A stretch of DNA of 64,000 nucleotides from Eledone cirrhosa (GCA_964016885.1 OZ024743.1:54870001-54934000); one strand, 5' to 3'; shown: positions 46,231-60,222, counted from the first letter of the stretch. The notes: generated by a model from the letters alone, not told the origin. Translations and numbers: made by a program.

Positions 46231-49200
46231 ATTCAGTAATTAAGAAAATCAAGACGACAAACTCACATAGAAGACATTAGTCACAGAGTATCAACATTAA
46301 GTGCAGTTTAATATAGAAAGGGGATAGTAATGTCAGTTTACAATTGTTTCACTACTCCATATAATGTTTCTGGATCAATCGATGGTAAAAAAGTTATTGA
46401 TTTGGTGCAGAGAAATATAAGTAACATAGAATAATATTATGGACCAGATCTTCGGAACTTGGGGAAAGATAATGAGATTATTACTATATATAAAGCAGAA
46501 AAAAAGATAAAAATGAAATAAAAATAAAATGGGAGGGTTACGTGTCCGTAAAGAAACCTCAGATTAGCAACTCCCTAGATGGGAGAACCCACCACACATT
46601 CCTGCTGGACCCATTTGAGAAGGACCTCTTTAATCTCACCAGGAGCATTAAATTCAACAAGCTGAATCGGAATAATAATAACTTTCTCACTAAATTAGCA
46701 ACAACCATCAAAACCTTTAAAAGTAGCAACCACATACACGTTATGTCCGATAAAACTAAAAATCTATATACCATGCCTCCTGAAACTTTCAACGCTTTCC
46801 TCCTTAAGGAGCTTAATAAGAATTATAAAAAAGCTAAACCCTCCAGTGTAAATTTACTCAACCGCAAAGACCAGGCCTTGGTTAAGGATTTACATCTTGA
46901 CAAATTCACCTACCCATATGTACCCACAACACCAAGATTCTCTCTCAAGGATCATAAACCCAACTTTATTGAGATCCCTTATATTAGACTTATTAGCCCA
47001 ATCACCTCTGGCTTGGGTCGTATCAGCAAGAACATTCTCGATAGGATCATCCCTGGCATGCGAGACGCTATCATATATAAACTGTGGTCTAACACCGGCC
47101 AAGTCATCAGATGGTTCTCAGATCTTGGGTCCAAGGACTTGATGAGGTTTCTCCAGTTCGACATTGACGGTTACTACGCATCTATATCCCCGGCACTGCT
47201 TAACAATTGTGGACGCCCTATTTGCAGTCCACAATTGCACGGATCGTGGCACTGAATTGCTCAAAAAACAACTACACAGATTCTTTAAAAATAACGGTCT
47301 ATATATTACAATCGAACCTAACCATAAGGTAGTGAATTTCCTTGATGTCACCCTTGATAATACTAACAACCTATATTACCCTTATCATAAACCAGGTGAA
47401 ATACTTACTTATATTAGCCCGCACTCTAACTACCCACTGGCAGTCATCAGAGCGGTTATTAAGTCTATCTCATATTAGATTTCCTTGCTATCCGCCAATG
47501 AGGAGATATTTAATGCCCATGCGGCATATTATAATAAGGCCCTTTCTGAATCTGGTTATACACAGTGTATCTACTACATACCTAAGGGCCATAACACAGA
47601 ACTTCACCACAACCCCAATAACTGAAATACTAGAACTAGAAACACATTAGCATTTAGCCAGATTTTCCGGAATTCTAGGCCTACCAATATCTATACAGCC
47701 AATCGTAATAGTGGCAGAGGTCTACTCCCTACTCCTAGTAGCAGACTCAGAATCAACCCTAGATTAAGAAATGATAATAGGCCGACCGTTAGCAAGCACA
47801 TTGGCAATAATAACCCTAGTAATGCCCCTGCCAACTCTGCTAGACCCCACAGAAGTAACAGGCCTAGAAAAATCACCTGGCTTAACCCTCCTTTCTCATC
47901 TAATGTAGCTACCAACATCCCTAAACGCTTCTTCTCCCACCTATCTACCCCCCCCCCCCTACCATAGATATTACAAGCTCTTTAATAAAAACAATATTAA
48001 AATCTCCTTCTCCACTAGACCGAACCTAGCTAGCCACATCGCATTCAGCAACTATCATAAACTAAAAAAATATAACCCCCACCCCCGTAATAACAGAAGA
48101 CCCCCACCAATCCCATTAGTACACACCAGCCGGATAGTTTAAAAAACTCTACTCCTACTAATCGCAACCGTAATTGCAACTGCCGTAACCCCACTGCGTG
48201 CCCGCTTAACGGCCAGTGCCTTATGCCTAATATCGTATATAGGTGCAGGGTTAGAACGGCCTCATCCACTGGCTCTTATATTGGCTCTACATCAAACCTC
48301 TTTAAGGTTCGCTATAATGCGCACTCATTTTCCTTCCGCGACCCTAGCAATAGATGCTCAACTTCTCTAACTAGGCTCATTAAAAACCTTAGACTAGCCA
48401 ACATTGAACATTTAATAGCTTGGGATAACCTGGCTAGATCTCCTGCGTTTAATGGGAGAAAAAACTCTTGCGAACTCTGTCTTACCGAGGCTTTTCAGAG
48501 AACTTTGTCAAGGCCACACTCCATCAATGACAGGAACAAGTTGGTCATCAACTGCCACCACCGCAGAGCGAGTACCTTCGCCAACAGAATATTCGATCCA
48601 GCTTAGCCTATCCTTTAGTCATGCCCCTCCCTAAAACTAACAAATTAATGATATCATTAGTCCACCACATAATAAGCACCTATAAGTTACCTCCCTAGCA
48701 TTATCTTAGCTACAAATCCCAATGCAACTATACCTATAAGCTACCTCCCTACCCTCCCTTGGTTACAGCTCCTAGTGGGATTCTTGGCTCTCCAAAGAGT
48801 TACCTCCCTTGAAACCCATCTCTATACAATAAGATAGTTTTCCTACCAGAAACCATCTTGGTGTGTGATAGGCAGCAGTTTTTACCTTCAGCCTCGAGAG
48901 ACATCTAATGTTTATTTATACCAAACGCATGAAATTCTCCAGTGCCAAGGTGCCCCATCTAGGGAGTGGCTAATCTGAGGATTATTTACGGACACGTAAC
49001 CCTCCCATTTTATTTTTATTTCATTTTTATCTTTATTTCTGCTTTATATATAGTAATAATCTCATTATCTTTCCCCAAGTTCCGAAGATCTGCTCTATAA
49101 TATTATTCTATGTTACTTATATTTCTCTGCACCAAATCAATAACTTTCTTACCATCGATTGATCCAGAAACATTATATGGAGTGAAACAATTCTAAACTG

Positions 49201-49473
49201 ACAGTACTATCCCCTTTCTATATTAAACTGCATTTAATGTTGATACTCTGTGACTAATGTCTTCTATGTGAGTTTGTCGTCTTGATTTCCTTAACTACTG
49301 AATATTACCAGCTCTGTACACCTAACCTCCGCATCAACCCAGTTTTCCAACTACTTTCCACTGCATACTGCACATTGAGCACCCGCTTTTAAGCCTTGGC
49401 TTCTAACACCGTCACCAATCTCTCCTATCCTACTTTTATTTCTCTATTTAAGATTGGTTTACTCTTGAACTAT
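46231..49473 (+). mobile_element. Decayed Naiad-type PLE with ~350-bp inverted pLTR
   Basis: PFEKDL, MSDKTKNLY, LKDHKPNF, LQFDI.GYY, VNFLDVTL, ITWLNPPFS, CNCRNPTACPL, IVY..SYIGST, CELC.TE; 46231-46582 is inverted at 48955-49305; long-stem-II HHR at 49078-49199 (+) and 46335-46459 (-). Confidence 0.9.
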
Positions 49474-49486
49474 ATATATATATATA

Positions 49487-50501
49487 TGTACATATGCACA
49501 CAAGCACGGATGTACACACACACACACATATATATATATATACACGCACATATATATACAAACACATGTATATATATATATATATACACAGACATATATA
49601 TATATATATACACTCACACATACACAGGAAATATAGATGCTTATAATGGTTTATATCATTTCTGCTTCCGTCCGTTGTCTATCTTAATACATGTTTGTTT
49701 ATACAAGACCACCTCCAGCCTATTCATCCATCAGCTATGCCCCCCCCCCCCCCACCCCAGACAACCCCCAATTCCACTGATTTCTGTGACATACATTGTA
49801 CAAGACAGTTATTTGTGTTTTAACAAGATCAGACTTCGGAACATGTCTGTTCTCCATTGTGTGTCTGTGTACACGTGTATGTATCTAATTGTTAGTGTGG
49901 TTATAAATATATAAGTGTAGGTATATATATGTGTAACAGCGTCTGTATGTGTTTCCGCGGATGAACGTGTATCACTATATATGTATCAGTATGTGTATCA
50001 GTATATGTGTATCAGTGTGTGTATTAGTATATGTGTATCGGTATATGTGTAAAACTATGTGTGTATGTTTAGGTGTATCTATATAGCCATACATAAACAC
50101 ATATACCTTGTTATGCTGGTGGTATCTGCCTATGTATATGTATGCGGAAGTGTGTATATAAATATTTTTTGTTTTAAATGTCTAGGCGTGCATGTGTACG
50201 TATGTCTATATATACATCTCAGTATATGTTTGTGTGTGTATAAGAATGTGTGCATGAAAATGTGTACATTTACCCACTCAGATTTACCTTACAGATTAAA
50301 AATATATATACGTATTTAAACTGAATATCTACATTAAAACGCTAATATTTTAATGTTAGCATATATAGATACTGTGTTTTTTAATGTAATCACCCTTATA
50401 TTAACATACTGTTGCTCATAGCTTCGTACTTACATGCACACATACTCTTTTACTCACATATACCCACACATTTCTTCTTAGCTTTGTACGGACGTATAAC
50501 A

Positions 50502-50550
<49 letters not shown>

Positions 50551-50900
50551 TATGCTTACGCACGTGCACAAGTATAGCTCTTTTTAGAAAGCGGTATTTT
50601 TTCCATTCCAGGTAGACGCACTCCATCATCCACTTTTCTAAAAAATAAATCATACACAAAACGCCAGCCCCAACAGTTTTGCAAGAGATGTCAACATGAA
50701 TGGACCTGTTATTTTTATCTAAAGACATTTTTCCAATTCCATCCAGCCCGACCCCTCTATCTATCTTATGTCTCATTCTTTCTTCTGATGAAGGACTAGC
50801 GTCCGAAACGTTAAGACCCCCTTCCTGCTATATCAAGCGTTAACCTAATATATCCCTTCCATATACTGTACCGATTGTGTTGTTATTTCTGCTTACCTTT
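49487..50900 (+). mobile_element. Non-coding PLE 3' region ending in a minimal hammerhead (50781-50816)
   Basis: tctt-CTGATGA-a-ggac tagc gtcc-GAAA-cg-TT-aaga; its first ~150 bp are inverted at ~45924-46100. Confidence 0.7.
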
Positions 50901-50933
50901 TACATACATACATATATATATACAATATATTAA

Positions 50934-51140
50934 CAAATGGAAACTATATTTATAAAACCATATTTATTTCATTATACATATTTCAAGGACACCAAGTTAA
51001 AATTATGGTGTGCTTTCATCAGATAAAATATAATATAGAGCAGTTTTATAAATAAATATTGACATACCCTTAAAGAATGCGACCATTTCTGTTGGAAGCT
51101 CGGGAGCTGCCAACAGAAATGGTCGCATTCTTTATATATA
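50934..51140 (-). mobile_element. Relative of the 24900-25200 family with hammerhead and terminal hairpin
   Basis: tattttat-CTGATGA-aagcacacc...ggtgtcctt-GAAA-tatgta-TA on minus; near-perfect hairpin at 51071-51134. Confidence 0.7.
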
Positions 51141-51143
51141 TTG

Positions 51144-51274
<131 letters not shown>

Positions 51275-51296
51275 ATATATATACATATATACACAT

Positions 51297-51768
51297 ATGG
51301 TGGCTGCCAACTCGTTTTCGAGTACGGCCACTACTTTATATCCATGTAGGAGAACCCCTACCGATGCGCTGAACGAGTGTGATTTTTTAGTCCAGCCAGC
51401 GACTTGAAAACTCTGGTACAAACACTACACTTGTGACAATTATTGACACATAGTGCTAGGCCCATGGTACCATGTGACGACAAGTGCAGATAGATCTCCA
51501 GATATAAAGCAATGCCTGTGCCGTGAAGCTTTTATAGTGAGCAAAGGCACTGCACAAAGCCAGTCACACTCTCTTAACCAAGATGATAAAACAAACCTGT
51601 CAAAGGGCAAAGGAGCTCTTAAGAGTCAATGGCCATCCAAAATCACCGGGAGAGATGACCCCTTAGCCTATGTGAAGGAAGAATTATAGGAGAAGGAAAA
51701 CTCTGATATAACACCTGCAACCCTGATGGTATCCAATGATGTTGACTTGTTCTTCTTTTTGGTAAATG
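51297..51768. mobile_element. Third copy of the RTE-like retroposon, internally inverted
   Basis: 51297-51587 is the reverse complement of the 3' half; 51588-51768 is the forward middle part. Confidence 0.7.
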
Positions 51769-51781
51769 TATACATATATAT

Positions 51782-51866
<85 letters not shown>

Positions 51867-51889
51867 CGCGCGCGCGCGCGCACACACAT

Positions 51890-51943
<54 letters not shown>

Positions 51944-52568
51944 TTACATGAATTTGTGTGTGTGTATATGTATGTGTTTCTCCATGTGTTTGTATGTTAG
52001 ACTTTAAGATGTGTGTCTGTCTGTATAAGCAACTAAGAATATAGGTATATGTATATAGATGCATATTTTTATGTTAATGTGTCAGTTGTATATATGGTTA
52101 TATACGTAGCATGGACGAATGGCATGTCAATGGGGGCTACAGTCATTTCACATAGCTCTAGATCGACCCATGTCTCGTTAGTGAAATTGGATATATATAA
52201 AATGTTTGGAGGCCTATCACATAGACTTTTACCGTAATTCAAACCACACAAATAATAAGCATATTAGTACGTCTATTTCATGATATTCTTAGAAGTGATA
52301 TGGTATATAAGTCCCTTAGTTACATATTTCCCTGTGATTGATATGCATATGCCATATATATATCTTTTGATGAGAACCCGACAAGGTTCTAATATCGATC
52401 AGTAATGTTTATCATTTTAGTTTATTTATAAGGAAATACGTATATTTGTCACGCTTATATGTCTATATACTCAATGTGTAAATGTATATGTATTTACGTA
52501 GTCTCAGTTATTTCTATACTTTATATAAACATATAAATTTATCATGTATGTATGATGTGTGTCAAGCG

Positions 52569-52689
<121 letters not shown>

Positions 52690-52877
52690 GATAAGCGATG
52701 TATATATTTAGTTGCCAATAGCTTGTGCAAATGTGCTCAATACTTGTGCCTACAGGGTTAAATATTAGAAGCGTTAATATCTAGCGGGCGAGAATATCCA
52801 CAGGCCGGTTACAAGTGGAATGAATACAAAGGAGAATATACCGTTAAAACATGTTTGAGACAAACCACAACAGAAAC

Positions 52878-53062
52878 ACAAACCCTCCATCTCAATTTTA
52901 CTTTTGAAAAGCATAAAAACTGTGAAACCGGTAAAGTAAATAAATAAATATTCTTAAAAGACACCAGCTGCATTTTCAATTTCTTTTCCTTATAGTTTTA
53001 CACATATAGGACATCTCGTTTTTTCTTTCTTTTTCTATTTTTATAAAAAAAAACTTCATTTT

Positions 53063-53109
<47 letters not shown>

Positions 53110-53872
53110 ACCACAAACCCACAACCAACTGTAAAAAAAATGTGGTCGCTCTAATTGTGGAACCTGCACTCACCTCATTGAAGGCAACATGTATACATTT
53201 CAACCAGGACAAAATTTTGCTGTAAAAAATCACTTCACTTGCTCATCAAAAAATTTACTTTATGCCTTTAAATGTAAAGGATGCAATGAAGATTATATAG
53301 GAAAAACTAAATTCACATTCAGAAACAGAATGACAATTCATCGCCAACAATTACGAGACCCTACCACAAGACAGATACCACTTAGTGCACATCTAGACAT
53401 ATGTGCAAGTAATAAGACACCCAAATTCTAAGTGTACGCATTTTATATTTGCGCTGACAATACAACAGAACAAATACGAATAAATAAGGAAAATATTTTT
53501 ATTCAAAAATATAGACCAGCAATAAATATAGTTTAATATACATTATGTCAACACCATAACATGCTAACCATCCAAACAGACACATACACACACACACATA
53601 ACACCTTCTATTTTAGAAAATAAAAACCAGAGCTAAATAAACCTTAACATACGTTAATACTCTAACACCTTAACATGCTAACCACACATCCCCACACACA
53701 TAACTCCCTCCCCCATTTCTACTAACGGAATCATTTTCCTACACACACAAAAATATATATATATATTCTCTCCATCTTAACATGCTAACCATACTCCCAC
53801 ACACACATACACACATATAAAACCCATACACACACAACTCCCTCGCCCATTTCTACTAATAGAATCATCTTC

Positions 53873-53909
<37 letters not shown>

Positions 53910-54602
53910 AGCACACAAATAAACAGACATATCTCTACTTTCTTTATTTCAATAGAAAGTCTGATTTTTGACATCCCAGCACACCATCCATACTCACTGA
54001 ACCAGAACAATTCTCCCCATCCCGTTTTTCTTGACCATTATCTTTTGTTTGGCACAAAATTCTCTAAATGGCTACAAAAGAAATTCCCAAATACGGGCCG
54101 AAATTTAATGTACTTGTTCACGTGACAGTCATAATTTCATTTATAACCAATCAAATTACATTTATTAAAAAAACCCTTCATAAGTAAAAAGAAATTCAAA
54201 TACAAACTGGCGCGAAAGCTAATGTGCTTATTCACGTGACTGCATCAACCAACTAAACTTCACTCATATATGAAAAAACAATCTGAGACCCCACCCCCCT
54301 TTTTTTAAGGCAAATATAATAAGGACTTTGTAACGTGAACTGGCGCGAAATTTATTATACTTATTCACATGACAATCATAAACCAACTAAATTACTTCTC
54401 TAAAAACCTAGCATTTCGAGCCACTTTTTTCCATATAAAACAGAAGTAACATTCGAACACCAACCAGATGTGACAAAAACTACAGACCCTACAACTCAAT
54501 TCTACTTTTGAAAAACACAAGAACTGCGAAACCGGTAAAGGAACCAAATAAATATATTTAAAAAAAAAAGACTCCAGTTGCATTTTCGATTTCATCTTTT
54601 TT

Positions 54603-54607
<5 letters not shown>
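52878..54607 (+). mobile_element. Neptune-like PLE 3' fragment with direct pLTR copies
   Basis: 53141-53536 CGRSNCGTC...HFTCSSKNLLYAFKCKGC.EDYIGKT..FRNRMTIH (Zn-finger linker plus GIY-YIG, one premature stop); pLTRs at 52878-53065 and 54468-54607. Confidence 0.8.
52897..52940 (+). ncRNA. Type I hammerhead ribozyme with U3-A8 core
   Basis: tttactt-TTGAAAA-gca taaaaac tgt-GAAA-ccgg-TA-aagtaaa; perfect 7-bp stem I. Confidence 0.75.
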
Positions 54608-54656
<49 letters not shown>

Positions 54657-54764
54657 TTTGCTCTACGGTTCTTATATATTTGATATATAGTTATCCTCAT
54701 CGAGCCCTCTTTGGATTTTAGTCTTCAAATTTATTATTATTACTATATATATATATATATATAT

Positions 54765-54832
<68 letters not shown>

Positions 54833-55031
54833 ATAATAATAAAATTGAAGACTAAAATCCAAAGAGGGCTCGATAAGGAAAATATATATCAAATATATAA
54901 GAACCGTTGAGCACTCTATTGACTTATATTCATCATGCAGAAACAATATTTCTACAAAGAACATACCCGTACCAAGCAGGAAAACATACCTAAAACTCCT
55001 GATACAGAAAACAGACGCGTTCATTAAAAGG

Positions 55032-56426
55032 TTGCGTTGGCGTGCCTTTTATTTCGATAATCCGCGAAAAGCAGACAACAAACAGGATAAATTTGGATTT
55101 AAAACCTATAATAATGCTCCTTGGAGCCCAGCATTGCTACCCTTTGAAAATGATGTCTTGGAACTCATGCGGAGTATCAAATTTCGGAATAGGAGCAATT
55201 CCTTCCAGCAAGACCTGAAGAATAGAATTCGTTCTATTAAGGATTCTAGCGCCGTGCACGTCCATTCCGACAAAACTGGCAACCTATATCAAGTGGAGCG
55301 CAGTACTTACCATCAACTACTACATAATGCTGTAACTAAGGATTACCGTAAAACTAATCGGTGTGTCATCAATGAAATCAACGATGCTGGGTTTAAAATC
55401 ACATCTGATCTCAACATCCTGGACCGGACCGAACCTTTGGACCCTATCTCTCCTCACTTTACCCTAAAGGATCACAAATCCAATTTTCCGAACAACCCCT
55501 CTATTCGGCTTATTAACCCTACGAAGTCCGATTTAGGTAGACTTAGTAAAACGATTCTTGATAGAATTATACCTGAAATTAGAAGTTTGGCCCCTCTCGC
55601 ACTGTGGAACAATTCTTTCGCGGTGATTGATTGGTTCAACGGAATATGTAACAAGGAACATTGCCGTTTTATCCAATTCGACATCAACAATTACTACTCC
55701 TCCATCACTTTACCACTTCTCCTTAGAGCTATCAATTTCGCTAAAACACTCACAGTTGTTAAGGATTTCGAAGGTGATGTCATCCTTAATGCCCGAAAGT
55801 CGGTGATTAATTTCGACGACTCTATTTGGATTAAAAAATCCAATAGTACCCCATTCGACGTGAGTATGGGCGCCAGTGACTCTGCGGAGGTTACTGATCT
55901 TATCGGCCTTTTCCTTCTTTTCTCTATCAAGGACGAATTCCCCAACGCGGGCGGTGGTTTGTACCGTGACGATGGTCTTTTGACCATGACTAAGTGCGGA
56001 CCTCGTGCTTGCGACAGGTTCAGAAAAGAACTCACAGCCTTCTTTAAAGGCTTCAACCTCTCTATACAGGTTGAGGCCAATCTCTCGGTCGTTAATTACC
56101 TCGACGTTACCCTCAATTTATTGAATGGGTTGTATTACCCGTATAGAAAGCCGAATGATACGCTTAATTACATAAGTAAGCATTCCAACCATCCTGCCAG
56201 CATAACCAAGAACCTGGTAAAAAACGTTTCATTGAGGCTTTCCCGTCTTTCCACCAACGAGCGCATTTTCAACGACCATTCCACTTATTACAATGAAGCT
56301 CTTGCTCGAAGTGGATTTGTCAATAAGGTAGCATATACAGAGTACGAAAATAGACCTAGTAGAAATAGATCCCGTCGCATTTGTTGGTTTAACCCACCAT
56401 ATAATAATGGCCACACCATTAGCTAA
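55032..56426 (+). CDS. PLE (Naiad clade) reverse transcriptase; frame is open upstream through STKNIPVPSRK
   Basis: HSDKTGNLY (DKT), LKDHK.NF, IRLINP.KSDLG, IQFDI.NYY, DVSMGASDSAEV, GLYRDDGL, VNYLDVTLNL, ICWFNPPY. Confidence 0.9.
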   Translation: MRWRAFYFDNPRKADNKQDKFGFKTYNNAPWSPALLPFENDVLELMRSIKFRNRSNSFQQDLKNRIRSIKDSSAVHVHSDKTGNLYQVERSTYHQLLHNAVTKDYRKTNRCVINEINDAGFKITSDLNILDRTEPLDPISPHFTLKDHKSNFPNNPSIRLINPTKSDLGRLSKTILDRIIPEIRSLAPLALWNNSFAVIDWFNGICNKEHCRFIQFDINNYYSSITLPLLLRAINFAKTLTVVKDFEGDVILNARKSVINFDDSIWIKKSNSTPFDVSMGASDSAEVTDLIGLFLLFSIKDEFPNAGGGLYRDDGLLTMTKCGPRACDRFRKELTAFFKGFNLSIQVEANLSVVNYLDVTLNLLNGLYYPYRKPNDTLNYISKHSNHPASITKNLVKNVSLRLSRLSTNERIFNDHSTYYNEALARSGFVNKVAYTEYENRPSRNRSRRICWFNPPYNNGHTIS

Positions 56427-56549
56427 GATCTTTCTTTCCCTTATTACGAAGCATTTTCCCCCTATACATAAATATAGTAACATTTTTAATAGAAATACTA
56501 TTAAAATTTATTACTCTACGACTCCTAACCTTGCACATAACATCACACT

Positions 56550-57050
56550 TCAAATTTAGCTAAACTACCTAGCCGTAGGAACACGTGCAACCCTGTAGTT
56601 AGTACTAACTGTAATTGTAGGAATCGGGCTGATTGCCCCCTATCCGGGAAATGCCTCTCTAGTAACATTGTCTATAAATGTAAGGTTGTAACACCCACGT
56701 CCCGTAGGGCCTACATAGGGTTAACCGCCAATAGTTTCAAGCAGCGTCTTTACATGCATACCCATTCTTTTCGTTACCCTCTAAGAAGGAATATGACGTC
56801 ACTTTCAGCTTATATCTGGAGTCTAAAAGACAAGCACACCCAATATAAGTTACACTGGGAGATCCTAGCTAGGGCTAGATCGTATAACGGAAATAAAAGA
56901 CCATGTGACCTCTGCGCCGCTGAGGCCCTGGAAATACTCTACGCCACAGACCACATCTTAAACAAAAAATCTGAGGCAATTTCGGCTTGTAAACATAAAT
57001 TGCACAAAACTTTCCTGTATTACAGCCCCACGTTCTACCCTAACGGATAG
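56550..57050 (+). pseudogene. GIY-YIG endonuclease of the same element (frameshifted)
   Basis: NCNCRNRADCPLSGKC, NIVYKC, AYIGLT.NSFKQR, CDLC.AE, LNKKSE...CKH. Confidence 0.85.
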
Positions 57051-58016
57051 CACGATCTATACGTGGATATTTTACGTCTTGATGTGGGAGCTAAGTATAT
57101 GTTTTGTTTATTCCTTTACTTATTGGCATAGGTAAGTATATATTACCCGTATGTTTTGTGAAGGTATGTATACCTTCTCGTACGTATATTTGACTGTTAT
57201 GGCGTATAATTTTTACATATTCTGGTATTTGGGTTTGGCTATGTGTATACGGGAGTTTTGCGTCTGCGTGAGTATGCAGGTTCGTACGTATGGTGGGTGT
57301 GTGTATATGTGTACTTCTTGTTTTAGTTGACTTACGTCTCCGAACATTCGTGTATTTATTTGTAGGTATGTGTGTGCGCTTGTTATATACTTATTTATTT
57401 ACTTATATACGTTTATATAATTATTTATTTATTTGTACACAAGCATACACACACACACATATTTATATGTGCGTGGTTTTGTATACCTATGGTAAAGTTT
57501 TGCGTATGCTTGTGTATGTACGTATCTGTTTGCGTGTATGTATTTATTTGTTTCTATTACTTCTGTATTGTATTTATTTACTTTGTTCTTAACTCTGTAG
57601 CGGAGATTCATTTGGTCTCCTAGTTAGGATTTTAGTCTACAACTTCTGCTATACCATTTACGTGGTTTTGTCTTTGCGTGCTATTGTTCTCCACGGTCCA
57701 CATGTGACTTATTATCTTCGTTTTTTCGTTCATTGCCAGAGAACGTCTCTATGCACCACCTAAGAGAACATTAGTCTACGACCTCTTTTATACCATAAAC
57801 GTGGTTCTGTCTTTGCGTGTAATTGTTTATCACCGCTCCTATTAATGACGTAGTATTTGTTTTTTCCCGTTCTTTGCCAGCGAACGTTTCCTCGAACCAA
57901 AGTATCGTAGTGGATGATATCAACGCTTGGCTAAGTTTGACACAACAAGGCGTTTCCATAGTGATGTTGCGAGTACGCTGTAATTCCTATGTTGTAAACA
58001 CTTGGAGTAATGATAA

Positions 58017-58764
58017 ATCAGGAAAGAAGAATGACACGGTTTGCTATACAAAAAAGGTTTTTAATCTCATTGCTGACAATTGTTTCTCTGAACTGGTAGG
58101 TATAGAGATCGCTACCCGCTTGTTTTCACGTTATTCGATCACCAATACACAGTTATAACCAGTCAATTCATTGGAGCTTGTGAGAATGAAAGGAATATAC
58201 AGGCATGGCTACTATATATAGTAGTAATGGCATTCAATCAGAACAATAACAACAATACTAACAATGCTAGCAATAAATTATTTGAAATAATCACATCAAT
58301 CTAGGTGGGAAGTATAGTATATCTACGATTTTAGCGTGTAAAACTAGCTGACATGAGGCAGATGTATAAAATTGACATGTAAAAGCTGTCATGGGGTGTA
58401 TTATATATAGTGTATTATAGAAATGTAAAAAGGCTACTCAACAACAAGTTAGAAAAATCAATCTTCTGCAGACACAGGATCGCCACTAAATTCACAAGAT
58501 TTAAGCCTCTGTGAATCGAACCGACGTAACTTAGCTTTCAACTTAGGATACCCACTATACTGCACGAACCACCACAGAAATATAATCATTAAGTACATTC
58601 TAGCCTTCTTAGTTCTAGCTGCTGTCAACACCACTCCCTCACCCTTGACTCTCAACAAATGAACCTAAATCCAAGAACATTTCAAAATACTACTACAGCA
58701 GAACTTTAGCTTCCTCCTGTTATAATTGTAGTCAGCATGTTTTCTCTTTATATATATATATATG

Positions 58765-58813
<49 letters not shown>

Positions 58814-59451
58814 CCTCCTTAACCTCTGTATTAACTTGCCTATTATATTGCTACTCTGTTAATGTTGTCTTATACATGTATGTTATTGATGATGAGAAAG
58901 CTAGACAACCCTTTCATCTAATATAGACCACACAAATATTGAACCTAACACCACAAATATTACTACCCTCACTACAGTGATTCATTTTTCATCTGTCAGA
59001 TAATAAATGATTCTTACGGCCACCAGAGCTACATTGTTTAAAGCCACCGACTTATCTTTACACTATATATAATACACCCCATGACAGCTTTTACATGTCA
59101 ATTTTATACATCTGCCTCATGTCAGCTAGTTTTACACGCTAAAATCGTAGATATACTATACTTCCCACCTAGATTGATGTGATTATTTCAAATAATTTAT
59201 TGCTAGCATTTTTAGTATTGTTGTTATTGTTCTGATTGAATGCTATTACTACTATATATAGTAGCCATGCCTGTATATTCATTTCATTCTCACAAGCTCC
59301 GATGAATTGACTGGTTATAACTTTGTATTGGTGATCGAATAACGTGAAAACAAGCGGGTAGCGATCTCTAGACCTATCAGTTCAGAGAAACAATTGTCAG
59401 CATTGAGATTAAAAACCTTTTTTGTATAGCAAACCGTGTCACTCTTCTTTC

Positions 59452-59456
<5 letters not shown>
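58017..59456 (+). mobile_element. Decayed PLE 3' end with ~400-bp inverted pLTR; long-stem-II hammerhead 59296-59401
   Basis: 58017-58414 is inverted at 59059-59456; gct-CCGATGA-...-GAAA-caattg-TC-agc. Confidence 0.7.
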
Positions 59457-59495
<39 letters not shown>

Positions 59496-59728
59496 ATTAT
59501 CAAAAAATATGATAAAGAGCAGAATAGAATATTAAAAGTCCGGATATGAGATCAAAATGTCAAGCGAGACTGACATGTGGCATGGAATTACCAAACCATT
59601 GATTTAGAATTAACGACATACCAACATGTCGGATTACAGGATTTTATACAATTCTCACACGTTATACGCCATTTCAATCTATCTTCCAAGAATACATACT
59701 CATGTGTTAATGAATGAGTGTATATATA

Positions 59729-59814
<86 letters not shown>

Positions 59815-59817
<3 letters not shown>

Positions 59818-60195
59818 TAAAAGGAATTTCAACTTTATCTGATTTACTCGTTTTATTTACAATCCTTTAAAATTTATAATGGTATTAGAATGAAATAGTA
59901 TGGTAGAATATTAAATGTTAAGTGTTAATTGAACAAGTACTTTCATGCTTTTGCAATCTTCAGGTTCATATTCTGTGGTGACAATCAAGTTTGTAATTTT
60001 CATGAAAATTGCAAACTTGACTGTTACAACAGAATATGAACCCGAATATTGCGAAAGCATGAAAGTACTTTTTCAATTAGCACTTAACATTTAATATTCT
60101 ACCATACTATTTCATTCTAATACCATTATAAATTTTAAAGGATTGTAAATAAAACGAGTAAATCAGACAAAATTGGAATTCCTTTTATTAATATA
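59815..60195. mobile_element. Spacer-less palindromic element; hammerhead 59930-59968 (-), degenerate copy on +
   Basis: Centre at 60002/60003; tgaac-CTGAAGA-ttgc aaaa gcat-GAAA-gtac-TT-gttca. Confidence 0.8.
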
Positions 60196-60222
60196 ATCTT
60201 CTATACACAATCATACACACCC

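Larger units (their letters stand above)
54828..57908 (+). mobile_element. Near full-length Naiad-type Penelope-like retroelement
   Basis: Inverted 5' piece 54828-54914, RT and GIY-YIG ORF with two frameshifts (~56420, ~56550), long 3' UTR matching 8288-8598. Confidence 0.92.

Noticed and set aside
55032-57050. Possible selenoprotein-type Naiad (in-frame UGA with SECIS)
   Set aside because: No in-frame TGA in the RT or GIY-YIG frames; the interruptions are frameshifts.
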